A stretch of DNA of 64,000 nucleotides from an uncultured Bacilli bacterium (GCA_947598325.1 CANQFD010000001.1:48217-112216); one strand, 5' to 3'. Shown: positions 1 through 9,520, numbered from the stretch's first letter. The notes: generated from the sequence alone by a model not told the origin. Numbers and translations are program-made.

Positions 1-1709
1 ATAATGTTGGAGAAGAGGTAGAATTATATGGATGGGCAGCTAAAGTTAGAAATTTAGGTGGTCTTATATTTATTGATTTAAGAGATAGAAGTGGAATTAT
101 TCAACTTAATATTAATCCAGATTCATTATGTTATGAAGTAGCAGAAAAAATAAGAAGCGAATATGTTTTAAAAGTTAATGGAATAATAAGTGAAAGGACA
201 AGCAAAAATCCTAATTTAAAAACTGGAGAAATAGAAGTTATCGTAAAAAATATAGAAATATTAAATGAATCTATTACACCCGTTTTTGAACTTGATAAAG
301 ATGATGTTTTAGAAGATACAAGACTTAAATATAGATATCTTGACTTGAGACGTGATAATTTAAAAAATAATTTAATAACAAGACATAAAATAACAATGTG
401 CGTAAGAAAATTCTTATCTAATAACGGATTTATAGAGGTTGAAACTCCTATACTTTCTAAATCTACACCAGAAGGTGCTAGAGATTATTTAGTTCCTAGT
501 AGAGTAAATAAGGGAAGTTTTTATGCACTACCACAAAGTCCTCAAATATATAAACAACTATTAATGATTGGCGGAATAGAAAAATATTTTCAAATTGCTA
601 GATGTTTTCGTGATGAAGACTTAAGAGCAGATAGACAACCAGAATTTACTCAAATAGATATGGAAATGAGTTTTGTAAAAGAAGAAGACGTAATGAATTT
701 AACCGAAAAGTTATTTCAAAAAATATTTAAAGAAATAAAAGGAATAGATATTAAGTTGCCACTTATGAGAATGAAGTATGATGATGCGATGAAAAAATAT
801 GGATCAGATAAACCAGATTTAAGGTTTGGGATGGAAATTAATGATATTCATGACATATTTCAGAAAACTGACTTTAAAGTATTTGAAAATGCTATTCAAG
901 ATAAGGGAACTATATCATGTATAAAGGTAGAAAATAAAGCTGATTATTTTTCAAGAAAGAAAATAGATGAATTAACAGAGTTTGTAAAAACATACAATGC
1001 AAAGGGATTACCTTATGTAAAATATGAAAATAATGAATTTACATCTGGCATTAGTAAGTTTTTAAAAGATGATGAGAAAAAATCTTTAATTGAAGATTTA
1101 AAATTAAATAACAATGATATATTGTTTTTTGCAGCAGATAAAGAAGATATAGTTTATTCATCTCTTGGGGCATTAAGATTAAAATTGGGCAAAGAGTTAG
1201 ATTTAATTAATAAAGGAGATTATAAATTACTTTGGATAACTGATTTTCCTTCATTTGAATGGTCAGAAGAAGAAAATAGATTTGTTTCATGTCATCATCC
1301 ATTTACTGCACCAAAAGATTCCGATATAGACAAACTGCTTACTGATAAAAAACATTGTTATTCAAAAGCATATGATATAGTTTGTAACGGTTATGAAGCA
1401 GGGGGAGGTTCTATTCGTATTCATAAAGCAGATGTACAAGAAAAGATGTTTGAAGCACTAGAACTTACAAAAGAGGAAATAGATGAAAAATTTGGTTTCT
1501 TTGTAAATGCATTTAAGTATGGAACACCACCACATGGAGGTCTTGCAATTGGTTTAGAAAGACTTACTATGCTTTTATGTGAAACTGATAATATAAAAGA
1601 TGTAATAGCATTTCCAAAGACTTCATCAGCAAGTTGTCTTATGAGTGATGCACCTAGCATAGTAGATAAAAAACAACTTGATGAGCTCAAAATAAAGAGA
1701 ATAATTTAA
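1..1709 (+). CDS. aspS: Aspartate--tRNA ligase (AspRS). The 5' end is cut by the window edge; the reading frame starts at position 3.
   Basis: Frame-3 translation from position 3 gives NVGEEVELYGWAAKVRNLGGLIFIDLRDRSG, the AspRS N-terminal anticodon-binding domain. It continues into the supplied ORF 345..1709, which carries class II motifs (FRDEDLRADRQPEFTQID, GGGSIRIH, GLERL). Confidence 0.95.
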   Translation, partial: NVGEEVELYGWAAKVRNLGGLIFIDLRDRSGIIQLNINPDSLCYEVAEKIRSEYVLKVNGIISERTSKNPNLKTGEIEVIVKNIEILNESITPVFELDKDDVLEDTRLKYRYLDLRRDNLKNNLITRHKITMCVRKFLSNNGFIEVETPILSKSTPEGARDYLVPSRVNKGSFYALPQSPQIYKQLLMIGGIEKYFQIARCFRDEDLRADRQPEFTQIDMEMSFVKEEDVMNLTEKLFQKIFKEIKGIDIKLPLMRMKYDDAMKKYGSDKPDLRFGMEINDIHDIFQKTDFKVFENAIQDKGTISCIKVENKADYFSRKKIDELTEFVKTYNAKGLPYVKYENNEFTSGISKFLKDDEKKSLIEDLKLNNNDILFFAADKEDIVYSSLGALRLKLGKELDLINKGDYKLLWITDFPSFEWSEEENRFVSCHHPFTAPKDSDIDKLLTDKKHCYSKAYDIVCNGYEAGGGSIRIHKADVQEKMFEALELTKEEIDEKFGFFVNAFKYGTPPHGGLAIGLERLTMLLCETDNIKDVIAFPKTSSASCLMSDAPSIVDKKQLDELKIKRII

Positions 1710-1725
1710 AAAATCATAATAAAAA

Positions 1726-1770
1726 ATAAAGTAAATTTTTGTCTAACTACTTTATTTTTTTTTGTTAATA
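1726..1770 (+). terminator. Weak AT-rich hairpin followed by a T-tract, after the aspS stop codon.
   Basis: ataaagta...tactttat, followed by ttttttttt. Confidence 0.25.
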
Positions 1771-1785
1771 TGATATATTATAGGT

Positions 1786-1975
1786 ACCTATAGAGGAACA
1801 ATCAGGTGAACATAAAACCGACTAAACGATTATAAGGGAACCAGAGATGATAAATGGTGTCGAATACTTATATTTATATAAGGATCCTGAAATTTATTAT
1901 GAGGTGCCCACCTGCACATACGTGTAGGTTTATCGTCCCTGACCTTTATAGGTTTTATTTTTTTAAAGAAAGAGG
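1786..1975 (+). ncRNA. ssrS: Probable 6S RNA (SsrS, 6S-1/bsrA-like).
   Basis: An island of about 190 nt, relatively GC-rich and non-coding, lies between aspS and tcdA. This is the position of B. subtilis bsrA (aspS-bsrA-yrvM). The 5' end (ACCTATAGAGG..CAGG) pairs with the 3' end (CCTGACCTTTATAGGT), consistent with a long rod-like hairpin. An extended -10 TGaTATATT sits at 1771-1779. The sequence ends in GGTTTTATTTTTTT. The only ORF here (1830..2021, minus strand) has no RBS. Confidence 0.5.
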
Positions 1976-1980
1976 AAAAT

Positions 1981-2658
1981 ATGTTTGATAGATTAGAGAA
2001 AATAATTGGAGAAGAATACATAAAAAAAATACAGAAAAAAACAATTGCGATTGTAGGTCTTGGTGGAGTAGGTGGTTATGTAGTTGAAACACTTATTCGT
2101 AATGGAATAGAAAATATAATAATTGTAGATAATGATGAAATTGATATAACCAATAAAAATAGACAAATAATTGCACTTGATTCTACTATTGGTTTAAAAA
2201 AAGTAGATATTTTTGAAAAGAGAATTAAAGATATTAATAAAAATGTTAATGTAATAAAATTAAATTTATTTTTAAATGAAGAAACTAAAAAAGAATTATT
2301 TAAATATGATATTGATTATGTAATTGATGCTTGTGATACAGTAAGTACTAAAATAATGCTTATAAGAGAATGTATTAATAGAAATATAAAATTTATTTCT
2401 AGTATGGGAACAGGTAATAAAGTAGACCCTTATAAATTAGAAATTACAAAATTAAAAAATACTATTAATGATCCTCTTGCAAAAGTAATTAGACATGAAA
2501 TAAATAAACTTAATATATCTTTAGATATAAATGTTTTATCAAGTAAAGAACTTCCAAAAAAGATAAAAAATAGAACACCTTCATCTTATAGTGTTGTACC
2601 AAATATTGCAGGTATATTCATTGCGGATTTTGTAATAAAGAATATTATAAATGAATAA
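1981..2658 (+). CDS. tcdA: tRNA threonylcarbamoyladenosine dehydratase (TcdA/CsdL/YrvM; ThiF/MoeB family).
   Basis: Rossmann motif IVGLGGVGGY. Also SMGTGNKVDP and TINDPLAKVIR, which match the TcdA signature blocks. Synteny is with aspS, as for B. subtilis yrvM. Confidence 0.85.
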   Translation: MFDRLEKIIGEEYIKKIQKKTIAIVGLGGVGGYVVETLIRNGIENIIIVDNDEIDITNKNRQIIALDSTIGLKKVDIFEKRIKDINKNVNVIKLNLFLNEETKKELFKYDIDYVIDACDTVSTKIMLIRECINRNIKFISSMGTGNKVDPYKLEITKLKNTINDPLAKVIRHEINKLNISLDINVLSSKELPKKIKNRTPSSYSVVPNIAGIFIADFVIKNIINE

Positions 2659-2672
2659 ATATTCTTTTTTTG
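2636..2672 (+). terminator. Intrinsic terminator overlapping the tcdA stop codon.
   Basis: agaatatt-ataaatgaata-aatattct stem-loop followed by ttttttt. Confidence 0.4.
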
Positions 2673-2747
2673 TCGTATTTATTTTATTTTTTAATTATTT
2701 ATGTTAAAGTTTTAATACATTTGTTTTTAGAATAAGGAGAAATAAAT

Positions 2748-3224
2748 ATGAAAAATTTTGTAGAATATTTTTTTAGCAGTTGTGATAGTTTAATAAAAAA
2801 AGGTAAATTAGATGCGGCAAGTTTAATATTAGATAAAATATATAAGAATTTTGATATTAAAAATGATAAGACTTTACTTGAAGAATATTATTATCTAAAA
2901 AATAGAGTAAAAGAAGAAATTTATTTTAAAAACCTATCTCTTGATGTTAAAGAAAAATATAATGGATTTTTAAAAGAACTAAATGAATATTTAAATAATA
3001 AAAGGTATAATGATGCGCTTAATTGCTCATCTATTGCTCTTTTTTTAACAGATGCCGCTGTATTTAAATATTATATTGGACAAATATATTATATTTTAGA
3101 AAACTATGGTGAAAGTATGTGTTACTTAAATCAATATATAGAAGAAGGTGCAAGTAAATATTTTGAAGCAATTGAATTACTAAAGAAAATGAATGAGAAT
3201 ATTTTAAACTATAAACTTAATTAG
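2748..3224 (+). CDS. Hypothetical protein (158 aa, helical/TPR-like?).
   Basis: ORF with an AAGGAG RBS 8 nt upstream. I recognise no motif. Confidence 0.5.
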   Translation: MKNFVEYFFSSCDSLIKKGKLDAASLILDKIYKNFDIKNDKTLLEEYYYLKNRVKEEIYFKNLSLDVKEKYNGFLKELNEYLNNKRYNDALNCSSIALFLTDAAVFKYYIGQIYYILENYGESMCYLNQYIEEGASKYFEAIELLKKMNENILNYKLN

Positions 3225-4449
3225 TTTGATTTTGCAACTTTTCTATTTTTTCATATATTTCATTTAATATTTTTTCATACTTACTAGTTAATTTTGGTTT
3301 ATAATATTTTTTATTAATTAAATTATCTGGTAAGTATTGTTGTTTAACAAATGATCCTTTATAGTCATGAGGATATTTGTATATTTTAGAATCTATTCTA
3401 ATAGTTTCTGGGATAGGGTAGTTATTTCCATTTTCAATATCTTTTATTGCTTCGTTTAAAGAAGTATAAGCACTATTTGATTTAGGAGATAATGCCATTT
3501 CTATTATTATAACTGAAAGAGGAATAATAGCTTCTGGAAGTCCAACTCTTTCACAAGCATTTATAGCAGCATCAACTTTAGGACCTATACTAGGATTAGC
3601 AAGTCCTATATCTTCATATGCAATTACTGTCATTCGTCTATATATACTGTCCAAATCTCCTATTACAAGAAGTCTTGCTAAATAATGAAGAGAAGCGTTA
3701 ACATCAGACCCTCTAATAGATTTTTGAAATGCACTTAGTAAGTCATAATGTCCAGTTTCATTCTTATCCGCAAATAAAGCAGGTTTATTGTTAATTTTAG
3801 TAACTACATCCATAGTTATTTTTTTATCACTTGTACTATAGTAACATATCTCAAGTAAATTATAAGCACTTCTAAGATCACCACTTGCTAATCTTGCAAT
3901 ATATTCAAGTGATTTTTTATCTATCTTTATATCCTTTAATTCCTCACATTTACATGCTTTTCTTAGCCCAAATACTACTTCATCAAATGTTAAAGGTTTA
4001 AGTTCAAATATTTGACATCTGCTACGAATCGCAGGATTTATTTTGTGATATGGATTAGATGTAGTAAGCCCTATTAATACAATAAGACCAGATTCAAGAT
4101 GAGGAAGAAGAATATCTTGTTTATCTTTATTAAGTCTATGTATTTCATCCATTATTAAAATAATACCATCATACATTTTTGCTTCTTCTATAACTACTTC
4201 TATATCTTTTTTATTATTAATAGTGGCATTAAGAATTCTATATTTTAAATCAGTAGAACCTGAAATAGCTGTTGCGATTGATGTTTTACCAATACCAGGA
4301 TTACCATATAAAATCATAGAAAATATTCTTTTATTATTAACAAAATTTCTAATAGGTCCATCTTTTCCAACTAAATGTTCTTGCCCTATTATTTCATCTA
4401 TATTTTTAGGTCTTAATTTAATAGCTAAAGGTTCTACCATACAAATCAC
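3217..4449 (-). CDS. rarA: Replication-associated recombination protein A (AAA+ ATPase RarA/MgsA).
   Basis: Walker A GNPGIGKTS, Walker B ILIMDEIHR, and a conserved C-terminal MgsA domain. It neighbours tcdA, as yrvN does in B. subtilis. Confidence 0.9.
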   Translation of the reverse strand: MICMVEPLAIKLRPKNIDEIIGQEHLVGKDGPIRNFVNNKRIFSMILYGNPGIGKTSIATAISGSTDLKYRILNATINNKKDIEVVIEEAKMYDGIILIMDEIHRLNKDKQDILLPHLESGLIVLIGLTTSNPYHKINPAIRSRCQIFELKPLTFDEVVFGLRKACKCEELKDIKIDKKSLEYIARLASGDLRSAYNLLEICYYSTSDKKITMDVVTKINNKPALFADKNETGHYDLLSAFQKSIRGSDVNASLHYLARLLVIGDLDSIYRRMTVIAYEDIGLANPSIGPKVDAAINACERVGLPEAIIPLSVIIIEMALSPKSNSAYTSLNEAIKDIENGNNYPIPETIRIDSKIYKYPHDYKGSFVKQQYLPDNLINKKYYKPKLTSKYEKILNEIYEKIEKLQNQTN

Positions 4450-4545
4450 TTCCTTATATAATTATACAATGAATATGATAAAATAACTAGGTATTTATTG
4501 ATAAAATTAAGGTAGTATGATAAAATATGAAACTGTAGTAAAAAA

Positions 4546-5475
4546 ATGAATAATAATACTATAAAAGTTATAGAAAATAAAAAAGAAATTATTTTATTAG
4601 AAGGTGAAATTTTGAAAAAAGATTTAAAGTGTTTTTTTGAAGAATTAAAAAATGAAAAAGCAAATGATTATTTTTTGTTAAAAAAATTATATTTAAATCC
4701 TAAATCTTTTTTTTACAAAACTGAAAAAGATTTTAAAAATGGTGATTATTATGATGTAATCGTTTGTAATTCATTTATTTTAAATAATAATTTTTTAGAA
4801 TTTTTAAAATTAGCATTATATGATTTAGATTATATAAATAAACTTGATTATTATATGTTAGTAGGTATTAGTCATCTTTTAGATGATTCTATATTTCTTA
4901 CTACAGATAAATGTAAATTTTTTATTAAAATAATATCTATTAATCTATTTTCTAAAAGTCAAAAAATAGATGATAATTTTATAGATACAATAAAAAACTA
5001 TAATGTAATAACTGCAAGTAATTTAATGCATAATGTATCTGGATATATAAAAACAAAAAAAGATAAAGAAGTAACACCAATTGAATGTAGAAAGCAAATA
5101 TTAGATTTAATTAAAAACGATGATTATAGTGATCCAGAAGATTGTATATTATTTTTATACGAATATAATCATATAAATATTATAAATTCAGTAGTATGTG
5201 ATAATGAATTTTTGAATTTCTTAGAAGATAAATTAATAGATATAGATTTAAATTATGAGATTATTAATAATATTATAAAAATATTAAATTTATCTATTGA
5301 TTTAAATATTAATAAAGAAGACTATATATATGAACCTTATAATATTGTTGATATAGTTGGAATAGATAGAATCAATAAATATAATATTGATAAAGCTAAA
5401 ACAATTATATCAGTACTTAATAATAAGTTAAGAGAAAAAAAGATTATTTATTTTCATAAAAAGTTATACAATTAG
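4546..5475 (+). CDS. Hypothetical protein (309 aa, rich in N/I/K/D).
   Basis: The ORF is the only evidence. I recognise no motif. Confidence 0.45.
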   Translation: MNNNTIKVIENKKEIILLEGEILKKDLKCFFEELKNEKANDYFLLKKLYLNPKSFFYKTEKDFKNGDYYDVIVCNSFILNNNFLEFLKLALYDLDYINKLDYYMLVGISHLLDDSIFLTTDKCKFFIKIISINLFSKSQKIDDNFIDTIKNYNVITASNLMHNVSGYIKTKKDKEVTPIECRKQILDLIKNDDYSDPEDCILFLYEYNHINIINSVVCDNEFLNFLEDKLIDIDLNYEIINNIIKILNLSIDLNINKEDYIYEPYNIVDIVGIDRINKYNIDKAKTIISVLNNKLREKKIIYFHKKLYN

Positions 5476-5532
5476 TGTAAAGGCTAATTGTTTTTTAATA
5501 TTTAAAATTGTATAATTATATTAGGTGAAAAT

Positions 5533-6408
5533 ATGAATTATGAAAATCAAGTGCAAGACTATATAAATTATATATTAATTGAAAGACAACTTAGTAAAAA
5601 TACAATAGATAGTTATAAAAGAGATTTAGCTGATTTTTTTAATTTTATAAAGAAAGATTATAAAAATATAAATAGGAAAGACATAAATAGTTATATTATC
5701 AAAATCAGCAAAGAAAAAAATCCAAGAACAGTAAATAGACATATTGTATCCATTAATAATTATTTTAAATATTTATGTAAAACGAATCAAATTAAAAGTA
5801 ATCCATGTAACGATATTACAGGACTTAAAATGCCAAAAACTATACCTCATGTATTATCAGAAGAGGATATAGACAAACTTCTTAATATAAAGTGTAATAA
5901 TGCTATTGATTATAGGAATAAAGCAATGCTTGAACTTATGTACTCATCGGGACTTAGAGTGTCAGAATTATTAGCTCTTGAATTAAATAGTATTGATTTA
6001 AATATGAATATGGTTAGATGTTTTGGAAAGGGTAGTAAAGAGAGAATTATTCCAATTAGTGATTTTGCTACAAATTCTTTATGTGATTATATAAATATTT
6101 ATAGAAAAACGCTTCTTAAAAATAAAACATCTAATATATTATTTCTTAATTCTCGAGGTGATAAATTATCAAGGCAGGGATTTTATAAAATACTAAAAAA
6201 TATAGCTAAAGAAAAGGGAATAACTAAAGATTTGTCTCCTCATACTATTAGACATTCAGTTGCAACACATTTAATAGATCATGGGGCAGATCTTAGAAGT
6301 GTACAAATCATTCTTGGACATGAAAATATAGAAACGACTCAAATTTATACCCACGTTTCAAATAATTATAAAATAGAAAACTATAACAAATCTCATCCAA
6401 GAAATTAG
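5533..6408 (+). CDS. xerD: Tyrosine recombinase of the XerC/XerD family.
   Basis: The C-terminus reads HTIRHSVATHLIDHGADLRSVQIILGHENIETTQIYTHV (R..HxxR..Y catalytic signature). There is an N-terminal core-binding domain. Confidence 0.8.
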   Translation: MNYENQVQDYINYILIERQLSKNTIDSYKRDLADFFNFIKKDYKNINRKDINSYIIKISKEKNPRTVNRHIVSINNYFKYLCKTNQIKSNPCNDITGLKMPKTIPHVLSEEDIDKLLNIKCNNAIDYRNKAMLELMYSSGLRVSELLALELNSIDLNMNMVRCFGKGSKERIIPISDFATNSLCDYINIYRKTLLKNKTSNILFLNSRGDKLSRQGFYKILKNIAKEKGITKDLSPHTIRHSVATHLIDHGADLRSVQIILGHENIETTQIYTHVSNNYKIENYNKSHPRN

Positions 6409-6421
6409 AAAGGAATAAAAA

Positions 6422-8056
6422 ATGATAGATAGATATAATAAATGGTTAAATGATAAAAATATTAAAGATAGTGATAAAGAAATATTAAAAAAAATGACTA
6501 AAAAAGAAATAGAAGAATCATTTTCTTTTGATTTATCTTTTGGGACAGCAGGTATTAGAGGTACTATGGGACTTGGAAGTAATAAAATAAATGAATATAC
6601 TATAGGTAAAGTTACTGTTGGACTTGCTAATTATATAAATAAAAATAGCAATAAAAAAGTAGTTGTAATAGCATATGATACTAGAAATAATTCAAAAGAT
6701 TATGCATATAGTGCTGCATTGATATTAAATTATTATGGTATAAAAACATATTTGTTTAAAGATGTCGCATCAACTCCAGAACTATCATTTGCGGTAAAAT
6801 ATTTAAAATGTTCAAATGGAATAGTAATAACATCTAGTCATAATTCAAAAGAATATAATGGTTATAAAGTATATAACTCTTATGGTGGTCAAATAGTATA
6901 TCCAGAAGATGATTTAATAATAAAAGAGATAAATAATATTACTGATTTTAAATTAATCAAAAAGGCACCTTTAAATAATGAATTATTTAATTATGTAGAT
7001 GATAATTTACATAAAGAATTTCTTTTGGAAAATGAAAAAGCAATAATTAATAAAAGTATAATTAATGATTATTCAAATGATATTAATGTTACTTATACAT
7101 CGCTTCATGGTGTTGGACTTAAAACTGCTTTAGAATTATTAGATAAATATAAATTTAATTATAATATAGTTAAAGAACAATGCATTTATGATGGTAATTT
7201 CAAAACGGCTCCTGAACCTAATCCAGAATATGAAAAAAATTATGAATTGGCAAAAAAGTATGCTAATAAAAATAATTCAGATGTTATAATAGAAACTGAT
7301 CCAGATGCTGATAGAATAGGGGTAATGTATAAGGATAAAAATAATAATTATAAGTATATAAATGGTAATTTACTTGGAATATTATTCTTATACTATACAT
7401 TAAATAATAAAAATATAAATAATTGTTCTTATACAGTAAGGAGTATTGTAACAACTCCATTAGTAGATGAAATAGCTAAGAAATATAATATAAATGTATA
7501 TGAAGTTTTAACAGGCTGTAAAAATATTGCTAAAAAAAGATATGATTTAAAAAAAGAAAATTTTAATTATATTTTTGGATTTGAGGAAAGTCTTGGATAT
7601 ATGTTTGATATAGATATTAATGATAAATGTGGTTTTTCAAGTATGCTTGTTATATTAGAAATAATGTGTTATTGCAAAAGTAAAAATCTAAATTTAGATG
7701 ATTATATTGATGAAATATATAAAAAATGTGGATATTACATTGATGAAACTTTATGTTTTGTATATGAAGGTATAGATTCAAAAGATAAAATAAATAGATA
7801 TATGGATGATTTTAGATGTGATAAAATTACATTTAAAAATAAAAATTATATGAAAAAAGATTATTTGAATGAAACTAATGAATTAAAAACAAATGCATTA
7901 AAATATATATTTGATGATAAAACATGGATAATGATTAGACCATCAGGTACAGAACCTAAAATAAAAATATATTTTGGAGTTTGTAAGGATAACATAGTGG
8001 ATGCTAAAAAATATTTAAGAGATATTAAAGAAGAAATAAATAGCATATTTAAATAG
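6422..8056 (+). CDS. pgcA: Phosphoglucomutase/phosphomannomutase (alpha-D-phosphohexomutase).
   Basis: GTAGIRG, the active-site Ser loop TSSHNSKEYNGYKVY, the metal-binding DPDADR, and GFEESLGY. Confidence 0.8.
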   Translation: MIDRYNKWLNDKNIKDSDKEILKKMTKKEIEESFSFDLSFGTAGIRGTMGLGSNKINEYTIGKVTVGLANYINKNSNKKVVVIAYDTRNNSKDYAYSAALILNYYGIKTYLFKDVASTPELSFAVKYLKCSNGIVITSSHNSKEYNGYKVYNSYGGQIVYPEDDLIIKEINNITDFKLIKKAPLNNELFNYVDDNLHKEFLLENEKAIINKSIINDYSNDINVTYTSLHGVGLKTALELLDKYKFNYNIVKEQCIYDGNFKTAPEPNPEYEKNYELAKKYANKNNSDVIIETDPDADRIGVMYKDKNNNYKYINGNLLGILFLYYTLNNKNINNCSYTVRSIVTTPLVDEIAKKYNINVYEVLTGCKNIAKKRYDLKKENFNYIFGFEESLGYMFDIDINDKCGFSSMLVILEIMCYCKSKNLNLDDYIDEIYKKCGYYIDETLCFVYEGIDSKDKINRYMDDFRCDKITFKNKNYMKKDYLNETNELKTNALKYIFDDKTWIMIRPSGTEPKIKIYFGVCKDNIVDAKKYLRDIKEEINSIFK

Positions 8057-8073
8057 GAATTTTGCATATAAAA

Positions 8074-8110
8074 AAGGGTAGGGGAGCTTGACAGAACCCC
8101 CTATTTTATT
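8074..8110 (+). terminator. Intrinsic terminator after pgcA. It also carries a TTGACA box for the downstream gene.
   Basis: gggtagggg..cccccta hairpin followed by ttttatt. Confidence 0.4.
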
Positions 8111-8125
8111 ATATAATATTCTCAT

Positions 8126-8620
8126 TTGTCTATGTATGACAAGAAAAGGAGGATGTTATATATGATGGATGTTAATAAATTATTTGATAATTATTTAGAT
8201 GTAACAACTAGTGATAATAAAGTAGTTCATATAAAAAAGAAAAAAATTTATATAAATGACTCCTCTAATTATTATGGAAAAAAATATATTGTTACATCAA
8301 AGGATTTTAATAAAGAAAATCTTGACATATTAAATGAAATATATTCATTAGAGGGAAATAGATTAAGATATCAATTTACTAGATATACTGATATTAATCT
8401 AGTAAATACTATTGAAATTAATTCTAATGGTAATGAAGTACCTATTATGGTACTAGAGAGTTATAAAAAGAAAGATGATTACATTAGTAGTATTGGTAAT
8501 ATTAAACGAATTGATAGTGATAAAATAGATGAAATAAATAAAAATAAAAAGAAAAAAGATATCTTTAAATTGATATTAAAACCTACTAGTAATAGGGATA
8601 ATAAAAAAGAAGCTGCTTAG
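8126..8620 (+). CDS. Hypothetical protein (164 aa, Lys-rich C-terminus).
   Basis: ORF with an AGGAGG RBS. I recognise no motif. Confidence 0.45.
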   Translation: MSMYDKKRRMLYMMDVNKLFDNYLDVTTSDNKVVHIKKKKIYINDSSNYYGKKYIVTSKDFNKENLDILNEIYSLEGNRLRYQFTRYTDINLVNTIEINSNGNEVPIMVLESYKKKDDYISSIGNIKRIDSDKIDEINKNKKKKDIFKLILKPTSNRDNKKEAA

Positions 8621-8636
8621 AATGCAGCTTTTAAAA
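8606..8636. terminator. Bidirectional intrinsic terminator between two convergent genes.
   Basis: aagctgc-ttagaa-tgcagctt hairpin flanked by A-runs and T-runs on both strands. Confidence 0.45.
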
Positions 8637-8680
8637 TATATATGTTAGTTTACATAATAATTATTATATGAAATTATATA

Positions 8681-9454
8681 TTATATCTTTCTAGATTGTA
8701 TTTCAGCCATTTTTTCTAATACTTCTGTAGCATTAGATTCATTTAATTCGGTATATCCTAATTCTCTTAATGCTTGAACTTTAGCAGAATTTAGTTCTTG
8801 TGTTCTAGATAATTTTTCTTCATGTTTATTTTGAATATCTTTTACAAATTTTTTATGAGATTCTATAAGTTTGCTTTTAGATGCGCCACCACTCTTATAT
8901 AATACCATTGCTTGATATAAAATGCTTTCAAATATGAATTGATTATCATTGTTATCTTTTTCAAAGACAAATTCATCTGGATTAATAAAACTTGTAGTTT
9001 TTGCAACATATGCAAGCATATATTTAATTTCAGGAACATCTTCTATTGCTTGCAAAAAATAATATAAATATTTGCAGATAATTTCAGTTTCCCCGTTATC
9101 ATCGTCTGCTAACATTTCCTTAAGTAAAAATATTATGTCATTTAATATTATTTGACTACTTTGCTTTAAACCTGAGAAATTAATACTCCCCTTCTCTACT
9201 ATACTACTTTCATTTTCATTTATTAAACTATTTGCATGTTTAATAAATTCATTTGTTATTTGTATATTTTCTATGTCATTAGCGGATTTTATTTGAAGTA
9301 AATTAAATAACTTCATTTTCTTTTCAAGCGGCCATGAATTAATATTATCCATTTCAAGATAATTATATACCATTTGTCTTGATACACCTAAATATTTTGC
9401 TAGTTTTACTTTTGATATACCTATTTGACCTAAAATTTCATTTAGTTTATTCAT
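8681..9454 (-). CDS. XRE-family HTH transcriptional regulator with a helical C-terminal domain of about 190 aa.
   Basis: N-terminal GQIGISKVKLAKYLGVSRQMVYNYLEMD, which is an HTH_3-type motif. Confidence 0.7.
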   Translation of the reverse strand: MNKLNEILGQIGISKVKLAKYLGVSRQMVYNYLEMDNINSWPLEKKMKLFNLLQIKSANDIENIQITNEFIKHANSLINENESSIVEKGSINFSGLKQSSQIILNDIIFLLKEMLADDDNGETEIICKYLYYFLQAIEDVPEIKYMLAYVAKTTSFINPDEFVFEKDNNDNQFIFESILYQAMVLYKSGGASKSKLIESHKKFVKDIQNKHEEKLSRTQELNSAKVQALRELGYTELNESNATEVLEKMAEIQSRKI

Positions 9455-9520
9455 TTTTTACATCTCCCTACTATATTTATATTGTAACATTTTACAAAAA
9501 AATGTCAAGCAAAAGTAAAA
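9455..9520 (-). promoter_or_regulatory. Consensus sigma-A promoter plus a short 5'UTR. This is copy 1 of a duplicated module.
   Basis: Read on the minus strand: TTGACA, a 16-nt spacer, TGtTACAAT, then the RBS GGGAGATG, then ATGAAT. It is about 90% identical to 12519..12586. Confidence 0.5.

Noticed and set aside
1421-1690. Antisense ORFs nested inside long genes that have clear identities. Same class: 1421..1690, 4223..4486, 7861..8067, 16624..16938, 20479..20706, 22827..23090, 23390..23644, 24680..24979, 30626..30931, 32629..33027, 37853..38119, 42047..42313, 44476..44703, 44868..45077, 48782..48997, 49239..49529, 49920..50271, 52812..53066, 54362..54613, 34699..34899.
   Set aside because: Each is fully embedded in the opposite strand of a well-supported CDS. 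Each lacks an RBS and gives a low-complexity, Ser/Phe/Leu-rich translation typical of antisense AT-rich sequence.
1830-2021. 63-aa ORF on the minus strand in the aspS-tcdA spacer.
   Set aside because: It lies entirely within the structured, GC-richer element that I interpret as 6S RNA. It has no RBS and an implausible composition.
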